Source: Pseudomonadales bacterium
GTDB lineage: Bacteria > Pseudomonadota > Gammaproteobacteria > Pseudomonadales > CAWVSB01
NCBI GenBank assembly: GCA_036960375.1
Contig: JBALVY010000001.1
Location: 716,906 to 780,905, forward strand
Reading direction: 5' to 3'
DNA: 64,000 nt
Every line of letters begins with the position of its first letter. The first letter of the stretch is position 1. The translations under genes and the position numbers were made by a program. The notes under the pieces were generated by a model that saw nothing but the letters and a program-made list of their open reading frames with translations, was not told the DNA's origin and made no database searches. This document shows, one piece after another, positions 21,170 through 31,069 of the stretch.

Positions 21170-21312
21170 AGCGCAGACCGAAGGTTCGTTACGGTGATTA
21201 TACGCATGGTAGGAATGCCTAGATTCCCAAGCCACCGATAAATACTATACCCGTAATATAGCCGAGGATTCTTATCGTTCATATCCCGTAAAATGGTATT
21301 TCTGCGTTTTGT

Positions 21313-22608
21313 TTAACCTGGCAATTTATCCATAAGTTTAAAGTACATCATACCAACCGCCATCGCGGGGCGGCGCAGCCACTTGCCGCCAGGCCAGGGG
21401 TAATGGGTCATTTTGTTCATAATATCGAAACGTTCGGTATTGCCGTCAACCGCCTCTGCCAGAATACGTCCCATGACGTGGGTGGGTGCAACGCCGTGTC
21501 CCGAATAGCCCGTAACGTATAAAACCTTGCTGTCCAGGCGGCCGAGCTGAGGCATACGGCGTACACTAATACCCATCTGGCCGCTCCATTTATAATCGAT
21601 GCGAACGCCTTTCAGGGAGGGGAAAACGTGATCCATTTTGGCTTGCATGATCTCCAGAACATTGGCCGGCTCCAGGCCAGAATAATTTGAAAGGCCGCCA
21701 AATAACATACGTTTGTCACTGGACAGCCGGTAATAGTCCAGCGCAGTGCGTGAATCGCAAAAGGCGACATCCTTGCGCAGGGTTTGTTCTATCTGTTCCC
21801 TGGTCAAAGGTTCAGTTGCTATCATGCAGCTGGTTGAGGGCAGTACGCGCTTATCCAAGTGTGGTGCTACATTACCCAAATAGGCGTTGCCGCATAAAAT
21901 CACATAGTCAGATTTTATTGTGCCCTTTTCTGTATGCACCGAGGGCCTGTCGCCATAGGTAATACGAGTGACAGGCGATTGTTCAAAGATCTTGGCGCCC
22001 ATATTTTCTGCCGCTCGGGCCTCGCCAATGCAGAGATTAAGCGGCTGAACATGCCCCCAGTCTTCGCGGTAGTAACCACCCAGGTAAATATCAGAATTTA
22101 CATATTCTTTAAACTGCTGCTTATCTAACAACTTTATGTTGTTGTTGTCGGAGGCCCAATCTTTGTACCAGCGCATGTGTCTTGGCTTGAGTGCGCCTTC
22201 CAGGTAGCCCCATTTTAAATCACAGTCGATACTGTATTTTTCAATACGCTCGCGCACGATATCGACGCATTCGGTGCCCATCTTGTAGACCGCATTAACA
22301 CCTTCTTCGCCTATCGCATTGCGAAAGGCATCCGGGTTGCTGCCAACGCCACCGATTATTTGTCCGCCGTTGCGCCCGGTCGCACCCCAACTTATTCTTT
22401 TAGCTTCAACTAATGCCACCTTATAACCGCGCTCGCACAGCTCTACAGCGGTAGATACGCCGCTAAAACCTCCCCCAACGATAACCACGTCAACTTGCAG
22501 TTCGCCTTCAAGCTGCGGGTAATCCGTTTGCCAGTTAGCCGATGCAGAATAGTAAGATGGTGCGTGCTCGTTAGATTCGACAGATTTCTTTAAAAACATA
22601 AATGACAT
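21313..22608 (-). CDS. FAD-dependent oxidoreductase, gamma-glutamylputrescine oxidase PuuB-like
   Basis: HAPSYY, VGGGFSG, GATGRNGGQ, LDYYRLS and GYSGHGV motifs; follows a PuuA-like gene. Confidence 0.88.
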   Translation of the reverse strand: MSFMFLKKSVESNEHAPSYYSASANWQTDYPQLEGELQVDVVIVGGGFSGVSTAVELCERGYKVALVEAKRISWGATGRNGGQIIGGVGSNPDAFRNAIGEEGVNAVYKMGTECVDIVRERIEKYSIDCDLKWGYLEGALKPRHMRWYKDWASDNNNIKLLDKQQFKEYVNSDIYLGGYYREDWGHVQPLNLCIGEARAAENMGAKIFEQSPVTRITYGDRPSVHTEKGTIKSDYVILCGNAYLGNVAPHLDKRVLPSTSCMIATEPLTREQIEQTLRKDVAFCDSRTALDYYRLSSDKRMLFGGLSNYSGLEPANVLEIMQAKMDHVFPSLKGVRIDYKWSGQMGISVRRMPQLGRLDSKVLYVTGYSGHGVAPTHVMGRILAEAVDGNTERFDIMNKMTHYPWPGGKWLRRPAMAVGMMYFKLMDKLPG

Positions 22609-22622
22609 TTCTCTTGGTTCGT

Positions 22623-23996
22623 TCAGACAGAGCGCAGATACCACTCGTAATCAATATTGCTGACGCGGGCGGCGACCTGCCTATACTCATCGCGTCGTAG
22701 AACATTAAAATAACCGAAAAATTCTTCACCCAGGTAGCTTGGGAAAACGGTACTAGCAGCGAACTTATCGAGTGCTACAGGCCATTCGGTGGGCAGGGTA
22801 ATGGTTTCCTCTACCGAACTGCCTTCGGCAACCATGGGGCCGGGGTCACACTGCTCTTGCATGCCATAATGAATGCCAGACGCTATGGCAGCCATGACCA
22901 AATAAGGGGATGCATCAGCACCAGATACACGATGCTCAACGCGGCGATCACTATTGCCAGACACCGGAATTCGCAAGGCGACATCGCGGTGGTTGTATCC
23001 CCAATTAGGCGTCATGGGCACATAATTACCAGGGGCGACGCGACGATAGGAATTAGCATTGGGCGCAAATATGGCCATGCCCTGATCCATTGTTGCAGCC
23101 AGACCCCCAATGGCGTGGCGCAGTTTATCGCTAATCGCAGGAGTTTCAGATGACTCAGTGTCAGCAAAAATATTATTGCCGGCTTCGTCGTACAAGCTGA
23201 AGTGCACGTGTAGGCCACAACCGGCAATTTCATCAAAGGGCTTGGCCATAAAGCTGGCAAACATGCCGTGCTGACGTGCCACTCCTTTAATTACGCGCTT
23301 TAATAAGACCGCATCATCACAAGCCTTAATCGGGTCGTCGCAGTGATGCAGATTGATTTCGAACTGGCCTGGCGAGAATTCCGAATGGACCGTTGTCATC
23401 GGTATGTTTTGAGCCTTGCAGGCGAGTCGTACATCCTCTAAAAAATCATCATTTTCCCACAAGTCCTCGGGCATGGCGTATTGGATGCCTGATTGATCTT
23501 TGCCGGTGCCGGGAATTTTCGGCAGCCGTAATATAGGGCTTTCACCGTCGCCATCTTTTAGTAAATAGAATTCTAACTCTACCGCGACTACCGCTTTTAG
23601 ACCCATATCATGCAAGGGCTTTAGGGCTCGTTTCAACACATTGCGCGGGTCGAAGCTCACCTCCTCCCCGTTTAATTCAGTGAAAGTGCCTAATACCTGA
23701 GCAGTATCGGACTTTAACCAGGTGATTGGCGCAAGACTATTAGCTACCGGTCGAATTGATTTGTCGGGGTCGCCATCAAACCCCTTCATCTCTTCGGGAA
23801 ACTCGCCGCGGCAGTTTAGCAAAGTAATTGTCGCCGGGTGCTTAACGCCATTTTTAAACAAGGTTTCGAACTCCACCGCTGGCACTCTTTTGCCCCGTAG
23901 AATTCCGTTGATATCGGGCACCAACAGCTCAATCATCGAGGTGTCGGGATACTGTTCTAGTAATTTGCTCAGTTCTTCGTAACTTGCGAAACTCAT
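22623..23996 (-). CDS. Glutamine synthetase family protein (gamma-glutamyl-polyamine ligase, PuuA/PauA-like)
   Basis: DINGILRGK, ELEFYL, EFSPGQFEIN, FMAKP, NANSYRR and RVEHRVSGAD motifs. Confidence 0.9.
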   Translation of the reverse strand: MSFASYEELSKLLEQYPDTSMIELLVPDINGILRGKRVPAVEFETLFKNGVKHPATITLLNCRGEFPEEMKGFDGDPDKSIRPVANSLAPITWLKSDTAQVLGTFTELNGEEVSFDPRNVLKRALKPLHDMGLKAVVAVELEFYLLKDGDGESPILRLPKIPGTGKDQSGIQYAMPEDLWENDDFLEDVRLACKAQNIPMTTVHSEFSPGQFEINLHHCDDPIKACDDAVLLKRVIKGVARQHGMFASFMAKPFDEIAGCGLHVHFSLYDEAGNNIFADTESSETPAISDKLRHAIGGLAATMDQGMAIFAPNANSYRRVAPGNYVPMTPNWGYNHRDVALRIPVSGNSDRRVEHRVSGADASPYLVMAAIASGIHYGMQEQCDPGPMVAEGSSVEETITLPTEWPVALDKFAASTVFPSYLGEEFFGYFNVLRRDEYRQVAARVSNIDYEWYLRSV

Positions 23997-24223
23997 CGAT
24001 GTTTCCTTAAGCTTGTGGCCTTAGCTAAATATAGCACTGTGTATCCTAACTTAGGGGCTGTATTGCGGCTTCCTCGCCTATTGGGGCGAAATTGAAACAG
24101 TCGCCGGCTCTGCCTTCTTTCCAACCGTCTATTTGGTGCGTGGGCTCAATGCAGTCATAGTCGGCATTGGTCGCGGTGGACAAGTGCGAGCAAGCTATAT
24201 TGAGTAGCTGATAGAGCTTACCG

Positions 24224-25162
24224 CTAATCTCTTAAACTCGTTGGATTGATCATGACCTTGATTGCATTTCGAATAATACGAAAAGTTGCGGGAGGATGCC
24301 CGAGAAATTCGCCATCTGCCTGAGTATCCGCGCTACCGTCTATAGTAACTAAGCCTGCCTGCGTCGTGAGTACATAGCGACTGTTTGCGATGGTGCCGAA
24401 CAGAAGCATTGGGATGTGTAGCAGAATATTCAGTGGACGTATATTTTTGATGACGGTCACCTCGAACAAGCCGTCATCATATTTAGCCTGTGGCGCGATG
24501 CGCATACCGCCGCCGAGAAAACTGCCGTTACTAACAAAGACGGCCAATACCGGGCCGGTGTGTTGCCAATTGTCGGCCTGGATGCTGAGTTGCGGTGCTT
24601 GAAAGCTCCGGCAAGCCTTGATTAAGCCAAATAAATATTGCATGCGGCCAGAAGGTCGACCTTGCACCAGACGAACCACGTGGCCGTCAAACCCGGCACC
24701 CGCGATGTTAATGAAATAGCGCGTCTCGGTTTGCTCCTGTTTTATGTAAGCCACTGTTCCCACATCACTTGATACAGCCCGCCCGTTTTTTAACAAAAGG
24801 CAGGCGTCGGTAAGCTTGCGTGGTATGCCCAATGTCCGCGCCCAATCGTTGCCTGTTCCCAACGGTAGAATACCGATGGTGACTTCCCCTGGATGTGAGC
24901 TCTGGGCAGTCAGTAAGCCATTCAGTACACCGTGCGCAGTGCCATCGCCACCGGCAACAACGAAACGCCGAAAGCCGTTCAAAAAAGCCTCAGTTGCGAG
25001 TTTTTGTGCATCGTCCGCGTGCTCGGTTTGCTGCAATTCATAGTCAATACCGGCCGCACGCAGTGCGCTCTCAACTTTATGTCGGTTTACGGAACGGCGC
25101 GCGCGACCTCCAACGGGATTGAATATCACATACCAGCTTGAGTGAATTGGAATACTGTTCAT
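24224..25162 (-). CDS. Diacylglycerol/lipid kinase family protein (YegS/BmrU)
   Basis: NPVGG, AGGDGT, PLGTGNDWAR, GAGFD, GGGM and QADGE motifs. Confidence 0.92.
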   Translation of the reverse strand: MNSIPIHSSWYVIFNPVGGRARRSVNRHKVESALRAAGIDYELQQTEHADDAQKLATEAFLNGFRRFVVAGGDGTAHGVLNGLLTAQSSHPGEVTIGILPLGTGNDWARTLGIPRKLTDACLLLKNGRAVSSDVGTVAYIKQEQTETRYFINIAGAGFDGHVVRLVQGRPSGRMQYLFGLIKACRSFQAPQLSIQADNWQHTGPVLAVFVSNGSFLGGGMRIAPQAKYDDGLFEVTVIKNIRPLNILLHIPMLLFGTIANSRYVLTTQAGLVTIDGSADTQADGEFLGHPPATFRIIRNAIKVMINPTSLRD

Positions 25163-25167
25163 GTTAC

Positions 25168-26841
25168 CTAAAACAAACCCTCAATCTCACCGTCGTTGTT
25201 CACATAAATGCTATTGGCAGCAGGCACTCGGGGCAATCCCGGCATTCGCATGACGTCACCGCAGACCACCACAAGAAATTCTGCGCCGGCGGATAATACA
25301 AGCTCGCGGATGGTGAGTCGGTGATTGTTTGGGGCACCCAATAATTTTGGGTCTGAAGAGAAACTGTATTGGGTTTTGGCCATACAGATGGGAAAGTGCC
25401 CGTATCCGGCATTTTGATATTGTTTGAATTGGTCGCGAATTTTTTTGTCTGCAGATATATCGTCAGCCCCGTATACCGAACGAGCGATATGGCGAGTTTT
25501 TTCCCATAGACTCATGTCATCGTCATATAAATTTCGAAACTGGGATTGTCCGGCGTCAGCCAGCGCGGCAACGGTTTGCGCAAGCTCGATGGCGCCAGCG
25601 CCGCCATCTGCCCAGTGGGTGCACAGGTGAGCTTTAGCGCCATGTTGTTCTACGTAGTCACAAATCACAGCCAGTTCCGCCTGCGTATCGCTGGTGAAAT
25701 GGTTGATGGCTACGGTAACGGGAATGCCGTACTGGCCGGTATTGCGGATATGGCGACCGAGATTTTCCAGCCCCTTTGTTACCGCCTCTACGTTTTCTTT
25801 TATTAGATCGTCCTTGGCTACTCCACCATGCATTTTTAGTGCGCGCACTGTTGCCACCACAACGGCTACATCGGGGTGTAGTCCGGCCTTCCTGCATTTT
25901 ATATTGAAAAACTTCTCGGCCCCAAGGTCTGCGCCAAAACCGGCTTCGGTTACCACGTAGTCACTGAGTTTGAGAGCAGTTTCGGTGGCAATCACAGAAT
26001 TACAACCGTGCGCGATGTTGGCAAAAGGACCGCCGTGGATGAAGGCGGGGTTGTTCTCCAGTGTTTGTACCAGATTGGGCGCCAACGCGTCTTTTAGCAG
26101 CGCCGTCATCGCCCCTGATGCATTGACTTCGGCCGCCGTTACGGTGTTTCCATCGCGGGTGTAACCGATGACAATATTGTCCAGTCGTTGCTGCAAGTCT
26201 TTCAGGTTGCGCGCCAGGCAAAATATCGCCATCACCTCCGATGCCACGGTGATGTCGAATCCTCCCTCCATGGGGTAACCATTTGCCGGGCCACCTACGC
26301 CAGTCATAATTTGTCGCAATTGTCGGTCATTAATGTCGACAACTCTGCGCCAACTTACCCGGCGCAGGTCCAGACGTATGTCGTTACTCCAATGCACATA
26401 ATTATCTATTAAGGCCGCCAGTAAATTATGGGCGGAACCAATGGCGTGCATATCACCGGTGAAGTGCAGGTTGATATCTTCCATCGGCACTACCTGGGAA
26501 TAGCCGCCACCTGCAGCGCCACCTTTCATACCAAAGCAGGGGCCGAGACTGGGTTCTCTCAAGCACACAGTAGCTTGTTTGCCTATTTTATTCAGCGCAT
26601 CTGCCAGGCCAATGGAGGTGGTTGTTTTACCTTCGCCGGCGGGAGTCGGACTCATGGCGGTAACCAGTATCAGCTTTCCGTTTGGACGACCATTCAGGCC
26701 GTTAACAAAATCCAGGCTGATCTTGGCCTTGGTATGGCCGTAGGGGATAGTTTTTTCAGCGGGGATTCCCAAACGCTCGGCAACTTCAATGATAGGCAGC
26801 ATGTGTGCTGCTCGGGCAATCTCAATATCTGATTTACTCAT
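25168..26841 (-). CDS. fhs: Formate-tetrahydrofolate ligase
   Basis: [47 protein letters not shown] and MPGLP motifs. Confidence 0.98.
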   Translation of the reverse strand: MSKSDIEIARAAHMLPIIEVAERLGIPAEKTIPYGHTKAKISLDFVNGLNGRPNGKLILVTAMSPTPAGEGKTTTSIGLADALNKIGKQATVCLREPSLGPCFGMKGGAAGGGYSQVVPMEDINLHFTGDMHAIGSAHNLLAALIDNYVHWSNDIRLDLRRVSWRRVVDINDRQLRQIMTGVGGPANGYPMEGGFDITVASEVMAIFCLARNLKDLQQRLDNIVIGYTRDGNTVTAAEVNASGAMTALLKDALAPNLVQTLENNPAFIHGGPFANIAHGCNSVIATETALKLSDYVVTEAGFGADLGAEKFFNIKCRKAGLHPDVAVVVATVRALKMHGGVAKDDLIKENVEAVTKGLENLGRHIRNTGQYGIPVTVAINHFTSDTQAELAVICDYVEQHGAKAHLCTHWADGGAGAIELAQTVAALADAGQSQFRNLYDDDMSLWEKTRHIARSVYGADDISADKKIRDQFKQYQNAGYGHFPICMAKTQYSFSSDPKLLGAPNNHRLTIRELVLSAGAEFLVVVCGDVMRMPGLPRVPAANSIYVNNDGEIEGLF

Positions 26842-27040
26842 TAAGGCCTCTTTTAATTATTTGTATTTTCTAATACGGCATCCGTTACTACGTGGCGAGA
26901 GTCCCAGAGACTATCGTTTATGCAGTTCTTATCATAGTTCAAGGCAGGGCATTGTGCCGATCGGATACTCGGTGCTTTTATCGATAGGGTCGTCAGTTGT
27001 TACGACACGAAAGCGCGTAGTGATATAGCAGTGTGTAGCT

Positions 27041-28423
27041 TTAGGCGTTTTCAGCCTGTATTTCACACAGCAGTGCTGCGCTAATCTCTTTCAGAAGAGC
27101 TTGTGGGCTTGTTATAGTCTGGCTAAACAGGTGCTGGTCGAGGCCTGACCACTGCGGGTTTTGCCGGCAGCGTTTTATCCATTTCGACCAGTCTTTGGGT
27201 AACGGTGAGGCCTTAGACTCAATAGTGACAGGGGCCTGACTGGCGTGACCGCGATGCTGAAGAAGCTTTGCCAGGCTAATTTGTCGCATGAGGAGGGCTT
27301 GCAGAGTAGTGTCATCGGCACAGTGAAAACTCTCACGATGCCACTTTGCGTTGAGTTCCTTGCGAAAGCGGTTGCCGGTACTGAGGCCTGCGCCAATTAG
27401 TGCACCAATACCTGTCGCTGCGCCTAAACTGAGCCCGCCGGTAAGCAGATCTACACCTGCGCCGACAGCAGCACCTTTGGCCGCGCCACTGCTGATTTTA
27501 ATACCAAGCTGCTGCAGGGTTTGTGCTGCAAACAAGTCCATTTTCCACTGTCCATCCTGTACTGGAAGATCGTCGGCATTTAATTCACTTTGTTTGAAGT
27601 GAAATAGCTGCAGAAGCTGTTGGGCGCAACGGTTTTCAGCATTTCTTACTTGATTTTGCAGTTGTAATTTAGCCGCATCTATATCTCCATGCTGCGTTAT
27701 TTGACGGTAGCTGGCGACATCAATAATTAATTTTGCCACTACGCTGCTAGCAGATTCCTGCAGTTTCAGCCATTGGCTGGCGCGTTCTTCCATCAGTAAT
27801 TGCAGGCTGTCTTGATGGGTAGAAAGCAGGCTTTGCATTTGACGGAACAGCCGTTGCTCGCCATTGGCATCGTAGACTACTGAGTCAAAGTTTATCGTTG
27901 CATGGAAGTTGAGGCGGGCCAATTGTGCTTGCCAGCTATCGGCATTGTTGGGCCGTTGGCTAACAAAGTTGAGTACGGGAATAAGTGGTCTGGCGGCGTA
28001 GCCCAAAATTTGCAGTTCATCCTTATATTTTCCAAGCAACTGTTCCTGTGCATCGATAACATACAGTATCAGGTCGCATTGCAGGATAAGTCGCAACACT
28101 TTTGCCTCTTGGGAAAACACCGCATAGGTTTCTTCCTGCTCCAGAAAGTCATTGATACGCTCGATGCCGTCACTGCGTGGCGTTTTGGCTAGCTCATCGA
28201 GAATGGCTAGCAGGGCAATAGAATCCTCAAGTCCCGGTGTATCAAACAGCTCCAGAACTTCTCGGTTTGCTGCCCGAATACTGGCTCCCTCGACATGGCG
28301 GGTGGTACTGGGGCGGCTTGATACGACACCAAAATTCTCGTCGCGTAATAAAGTGCGTAGTAGAGATGTCTTGCCAACGTTGGTATGGCCTACCACCGCG
28401 ATGCGTAATGGAGCGTTTGTCAT
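27041..28423 (-). CDS. P-loop GTPase with DUF3482 domain
   Basis: G1 GHTNVGKTS, G2 STTRH, G3 DTPG; Gly-zipper GAAVGAGVDLLTGGLSLGAA; LQHRGHA; ATGA overlap with the upstream gene. Confidence 0.88.
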   Translation of the reverse strand: MTNAPLRIAVVGHTNVGKTSLLRTLLRDENFGVVSSRPSTTRHVEGASIRAANREVLELFDTPGLEDSIALLAILDELAKTPRSDGIERINDFLEQEETYAVFSQEAKVLRLILQCDLILYVIDAQEQLLGKYKDELQILGYAARPLIPVLNFVSQRPNNADSWQAQLARLNFHATINFDSVVYDANGEQRLFRQMQSLLSTHQDSLQLLMEERASQWLKLQESASSVVAKLIIDVASYRQITQHGDIDAAKLQLQNQVRNAENRCAQQLLQLFHFKQSELNADDLPVQDGQWKMDLFAAQTLQQLGIKISSGAAKGAAVGAGVDLLTGGLSLGAATGIGALIGAGLSTGNRFRKELNAKWHRESFHCADDTTLQALLMRQISLAKLLQHRGHASQAPVTIESKASPLPKDWSKWIKRCRQNPQWSGLDQHLFSQTITSPQALLKEISAALLCEIQAENA

Positions 28424-29835
28424 ATTGGCTCCGTCTGCATTTCGTGCACAATGATGTTGTCCGGCAGCAAGCCCGCGGCCTGTGCAATTTGATACCAATC
28501 ACCAATGCGCTGCAGTACCTCTTGATCGTCCAACCGTTGTCTTAACTGGGTCTCGTTACTCAGTGCCAGCCAGAGTGAGCCCTTTTGTCTACCCTGAATG
28601 TCCTTGAGATATCGGGCCATGCCGCGATCCGGACTGCTCAGCAGTGAACTCACCAGAATTAAGGCTTGTTCGGGTGAACTGTCGATGTTAACCAGCGCAT
28701 GCTGTTGGCTTTGTGCATCGACAGTGATGCCCAGGTTGGCGTCACTGTCGATGCCAGTTGGTGGCCATTGTGTTTTACACTGGTCGAGATCAAGTCCTAA
28801 ATAACGCGCGTTCTGGATCTCCGGTAGAGGGATATGTACTCCGGCCAGTTTGACGGCATCTGGCAGTTTGATATCTGCTTTATCAATGATACCGGTAGAG
28901 CGGGAAAGAGGAGACAACTGTTGCCTTAACTCGATGTAATAGGGCAGTGACAGGTCCAGTTCCACTCTGCCCATAGCTTTTCCCTGCCGCCAAAAGCTCA
29001 GTTCTAGTAACAGTAGCCGGGGGACTATGCCATAACAGAGCAGGCCGATAAGAAGCAGCGTGGCCCATGCTTGTCGCGAAGCGGCAAGTACGTCGGCTGC
29101 CGCGCCTGGTCTACTGGCCAGAATAGTGGCAGCATCGGGTACGTTGATGCCTAATTTGGCTGGCAGCCAGGTAAGCGCGTGGGCCAAACTGACCAGAGTC
29201 TGTTCGTTGAGTAGTGTGGTTTCCCAGATAAAATCATATTGTCGGAACATCAATAGTGCGGTTGCGGTAATGAGCGAGCCCGAAAGCATAAACAGCCACA
29301 TAGCGTGGGATACAACAGCAAAGCTCCAGCGCCCAACCGGTTTGCTACCGAGTGTTTGTAGCCAGCTAATGCCGCCTGCTGAAGAGCAAGCACAGAACTT
29401 GGTGGCAATAGACTGTAGCCAGTCTCGTCCACCAGTGAAGGTTGATTCCTTTGTTGTCAGAAAAGACAAAAACCACCAGCTGAGAGAAAAAAAGTTGAGA
29501 CCTAATAAAGCCAGCATGAGGCTAAATATATTGACCTCTTCGCGGCTAGTATTGAAAGCGCTAGCGGCCGCCATCATTCCGGCCAGCACGCCAACCGCTA
29601 GCAATAACGTCAGTAACACCAGAGTTCTGTAACGGGTACGTGATATCGCTTTGCCGAACAAGGGTTGGCCAAGGGCTCTACCGCGTTGCAATATCTTTTG
29701 TTCAATAGTTGCCTGAGTCCCGAGCAGGCTGCGGTTCATTAGAGGAGAATCTTGTACGGCTTCACCCTGCGCGTTTTCATGAGCCCGCAGAGCTTCTGTT
29801 AGTACATAGTTGTCAAATGTGGGACGTGTCTTCAT
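28420..29835 (-). CDS. DUF2868 family membrane protein
   Basis: Several TM segments; VNIF, SHAMW, RQYDFIWETTLL, YGIVPR and PDRG motifs; usual partner of DUF3482. Confidence 0.85.
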   Translation of the reverse strand: MKTRPTFDNYVLTEALRAHENAQGEAVQDSPLMNRSLLGTQATIEQKILQRGRALGQPLFGKAISRTRYRTLVLLTLLLAVGVLAGMMAAASAFNTSREEVNIFSLMLALLGLNFFSLSWWFLSFLTTKESTFTGGRDWLQSIATKFCACSSAGGISWLQTLGSKPVGRWSFAVVSHAMWLFMLSGSLITATALLMFRQYDFIWETTLLNEQTLVSLAHALTWLPAKLGINVPDAATILASRPGAAADVLAASRQAWATLLLIGLLCYGIVPRLLLLELSFWRQGKAMGRVELDLSLPYYIELRQQLSPLSRSTGIIDKADIKLPDAVKLAGVHIPLPEIQNARYLGLDLDQCKTQWPPTGIDSDANLGITVDAQSQQHALVNIDSSPEQALILVSSLLSSPDRGMARYLKDIQGRQKGSLWLALSNETQLRQRLDDQEVLQRIGDWYQIAQAAGLLPDNIIVHEMQTEPI

Positions 29836-29959
29836 GGTCTTATGATTTCAGATATCTGTCTGTTTGCATAGAGTATAGATAAGTTCTGCTTAGATCAGAC
29901 CTAGCATGCCACTGCAGATAAAATAGCCGCGCCGAGTTCAAACATAATCTGTAAAAACT

Positions 29960-30397
29960 CTATTCTACGGTGATGGTGATTTTATCAGAGATCACTGGCT
30001 GTTCGTGTGGCACATGCAGATGATTGCCCAGCAGTAGTTGCAAAGTGTGTTCGCCAGGGCTTAGCTCAATCGAGGTTTCTGTCTGCCCGCCACCAAAGTG
30101 CTTGATATGTTCCGTCGCAGGCAGAGGTTGAGATAAATCAGGTAATTCGTCTACATCGATTAGCAGATGATGATGGCCGGTATTGGATTTTTCTACCCCG
30201 GCTGGCGCCACGCCCATTGCTGACAGGCCAAATTTTACGCTTACAGGGCTGCTGACAGTTTGGCCTTGGCTAGGGCTTATAAAGTATACCTCTGCGTTTT
30301 CAGGGGCGGGGCTGGACAAGTTGGAGGCCGATACAATGCCGGTCAGACACAACGCCAGCGTGGCAGTGAGAAGTCTATTGCTTGTGAATATGCTCAT
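29960..30397 (-). CDS. DUF4399 family secreted protein
   Basis: Signal peptide; VYFISP, GVAPAG, TGHHHLLID, HFGGGQTE and GEHTLQL motifs. Confidence 0.9.
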   Translation of the reverse strand: MSIFTSNRLLTATLALCLTGIVSASNLSSPAPENAEVYFISPSQGQTVSSPVSVKFGLSAMGVAPAGVEKSNTGHHHLLIDVDELPDLSQPLPATEHIKHFGGGQTETSIELSPGEHTLQLLLGNHLHVPHEQPVISDKITITVE

Positions 30398-30456
30398 GGT
30401 TAAATTCCAGTCTATTATTCGTTATCTAAATTGTACGCGTGGTAATCGTTGTGATG

Positions 30457-30897
30457 TCAGCCGCGGATTACATATTTTAGCGTGTCTACCACTTCTTGTG
30501 GTGTTGTTGTCCAGGCCAGTGCGCCTGCGTCGACTTCTTTTAAGGGGTGAATGAGGTCTTCGTCGTGTAGCGTGATATAGGGCTTGTTTAGTGCCGCGCA
30601 ATAACCGGCATCAAAGGCGGCATTCCATTGTTTATATTTGTCTCCGAAGCGAATTACCACAATATCGGCTTTCTCTATCAAGACTTTGGTACGAATAGCG
30701 TTAACTTTGGCTGATTTATGATCACGCCAGAACCCATCGCTGGTGGGTTTGAGATGATCTCCGGCCGCATCGCTAGCATCGTGGTGAGTTACCGCCGAAG
30801 TAAAAGTTACCGGCAGGCCCGCATTGCCGGCTCCTTGCTCAATTTGTTCGCGCCAGTTGGTGTGAATTTCTCCTGACAGATAAACAGTCCAGTTCAT
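30457..30897 (-). CDS. YtoQ family protein (nucleoside 2-deoxyribosyltransferase-like fold)
   Basis: VYLSGEIHTNWR, FGDKYKQWNAAFDAG and HPLKEVD motifs. Confidence 0.9.
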   Translation of the reverse strand: MNWTVYLSGEIHTNWREQIEQGAGNAGLPVTFTSAVTHHDASDAAGDHLKPTSDGFWRDHKSAKVNAIRTKVLIEKADIVVIRFGDKYKQWNAAFDAGYCAALNKPYITLHDEDLIHPLKEVDAGALAWTTTPQEVVDTLKYVIRG

Positions 30898-31069
30898 GGT
30901 GTATTCCTTGCTCTATGACATTGAGGGTCTATGCAGCGCAATAGCCCTCTCAGTAGCCGGTTTTCATGATTGATTCAGCTTAACATGGTTTGAATGATGG
31001 GCAGGTCTCATTATAGGGCTTGTATGTTGAGATGCCAGCAAGGCTATACTGTAGCAATAGGAATATGAG

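Noticed and set aside
22623-23996. True glutamine synthetase glnA
   Set aside because: PuuA-type N-terminus, no adenylylation-site motif and linkage to a PuuB-like oxidase.
23997-24223. Riboswitch or NtrC/sigma54 promoter before the puuA-like gene
   Set aside because: Only isolated short hairpins and a GCACCA half-site; no full consensus.
26842-27040. Canonical ZTP (pfl) or THF riboswitch before fhs
   Set aside because: The GCC...CGCCUGGGC 3' element and THF consensus were not found; kept only as a weak finding.
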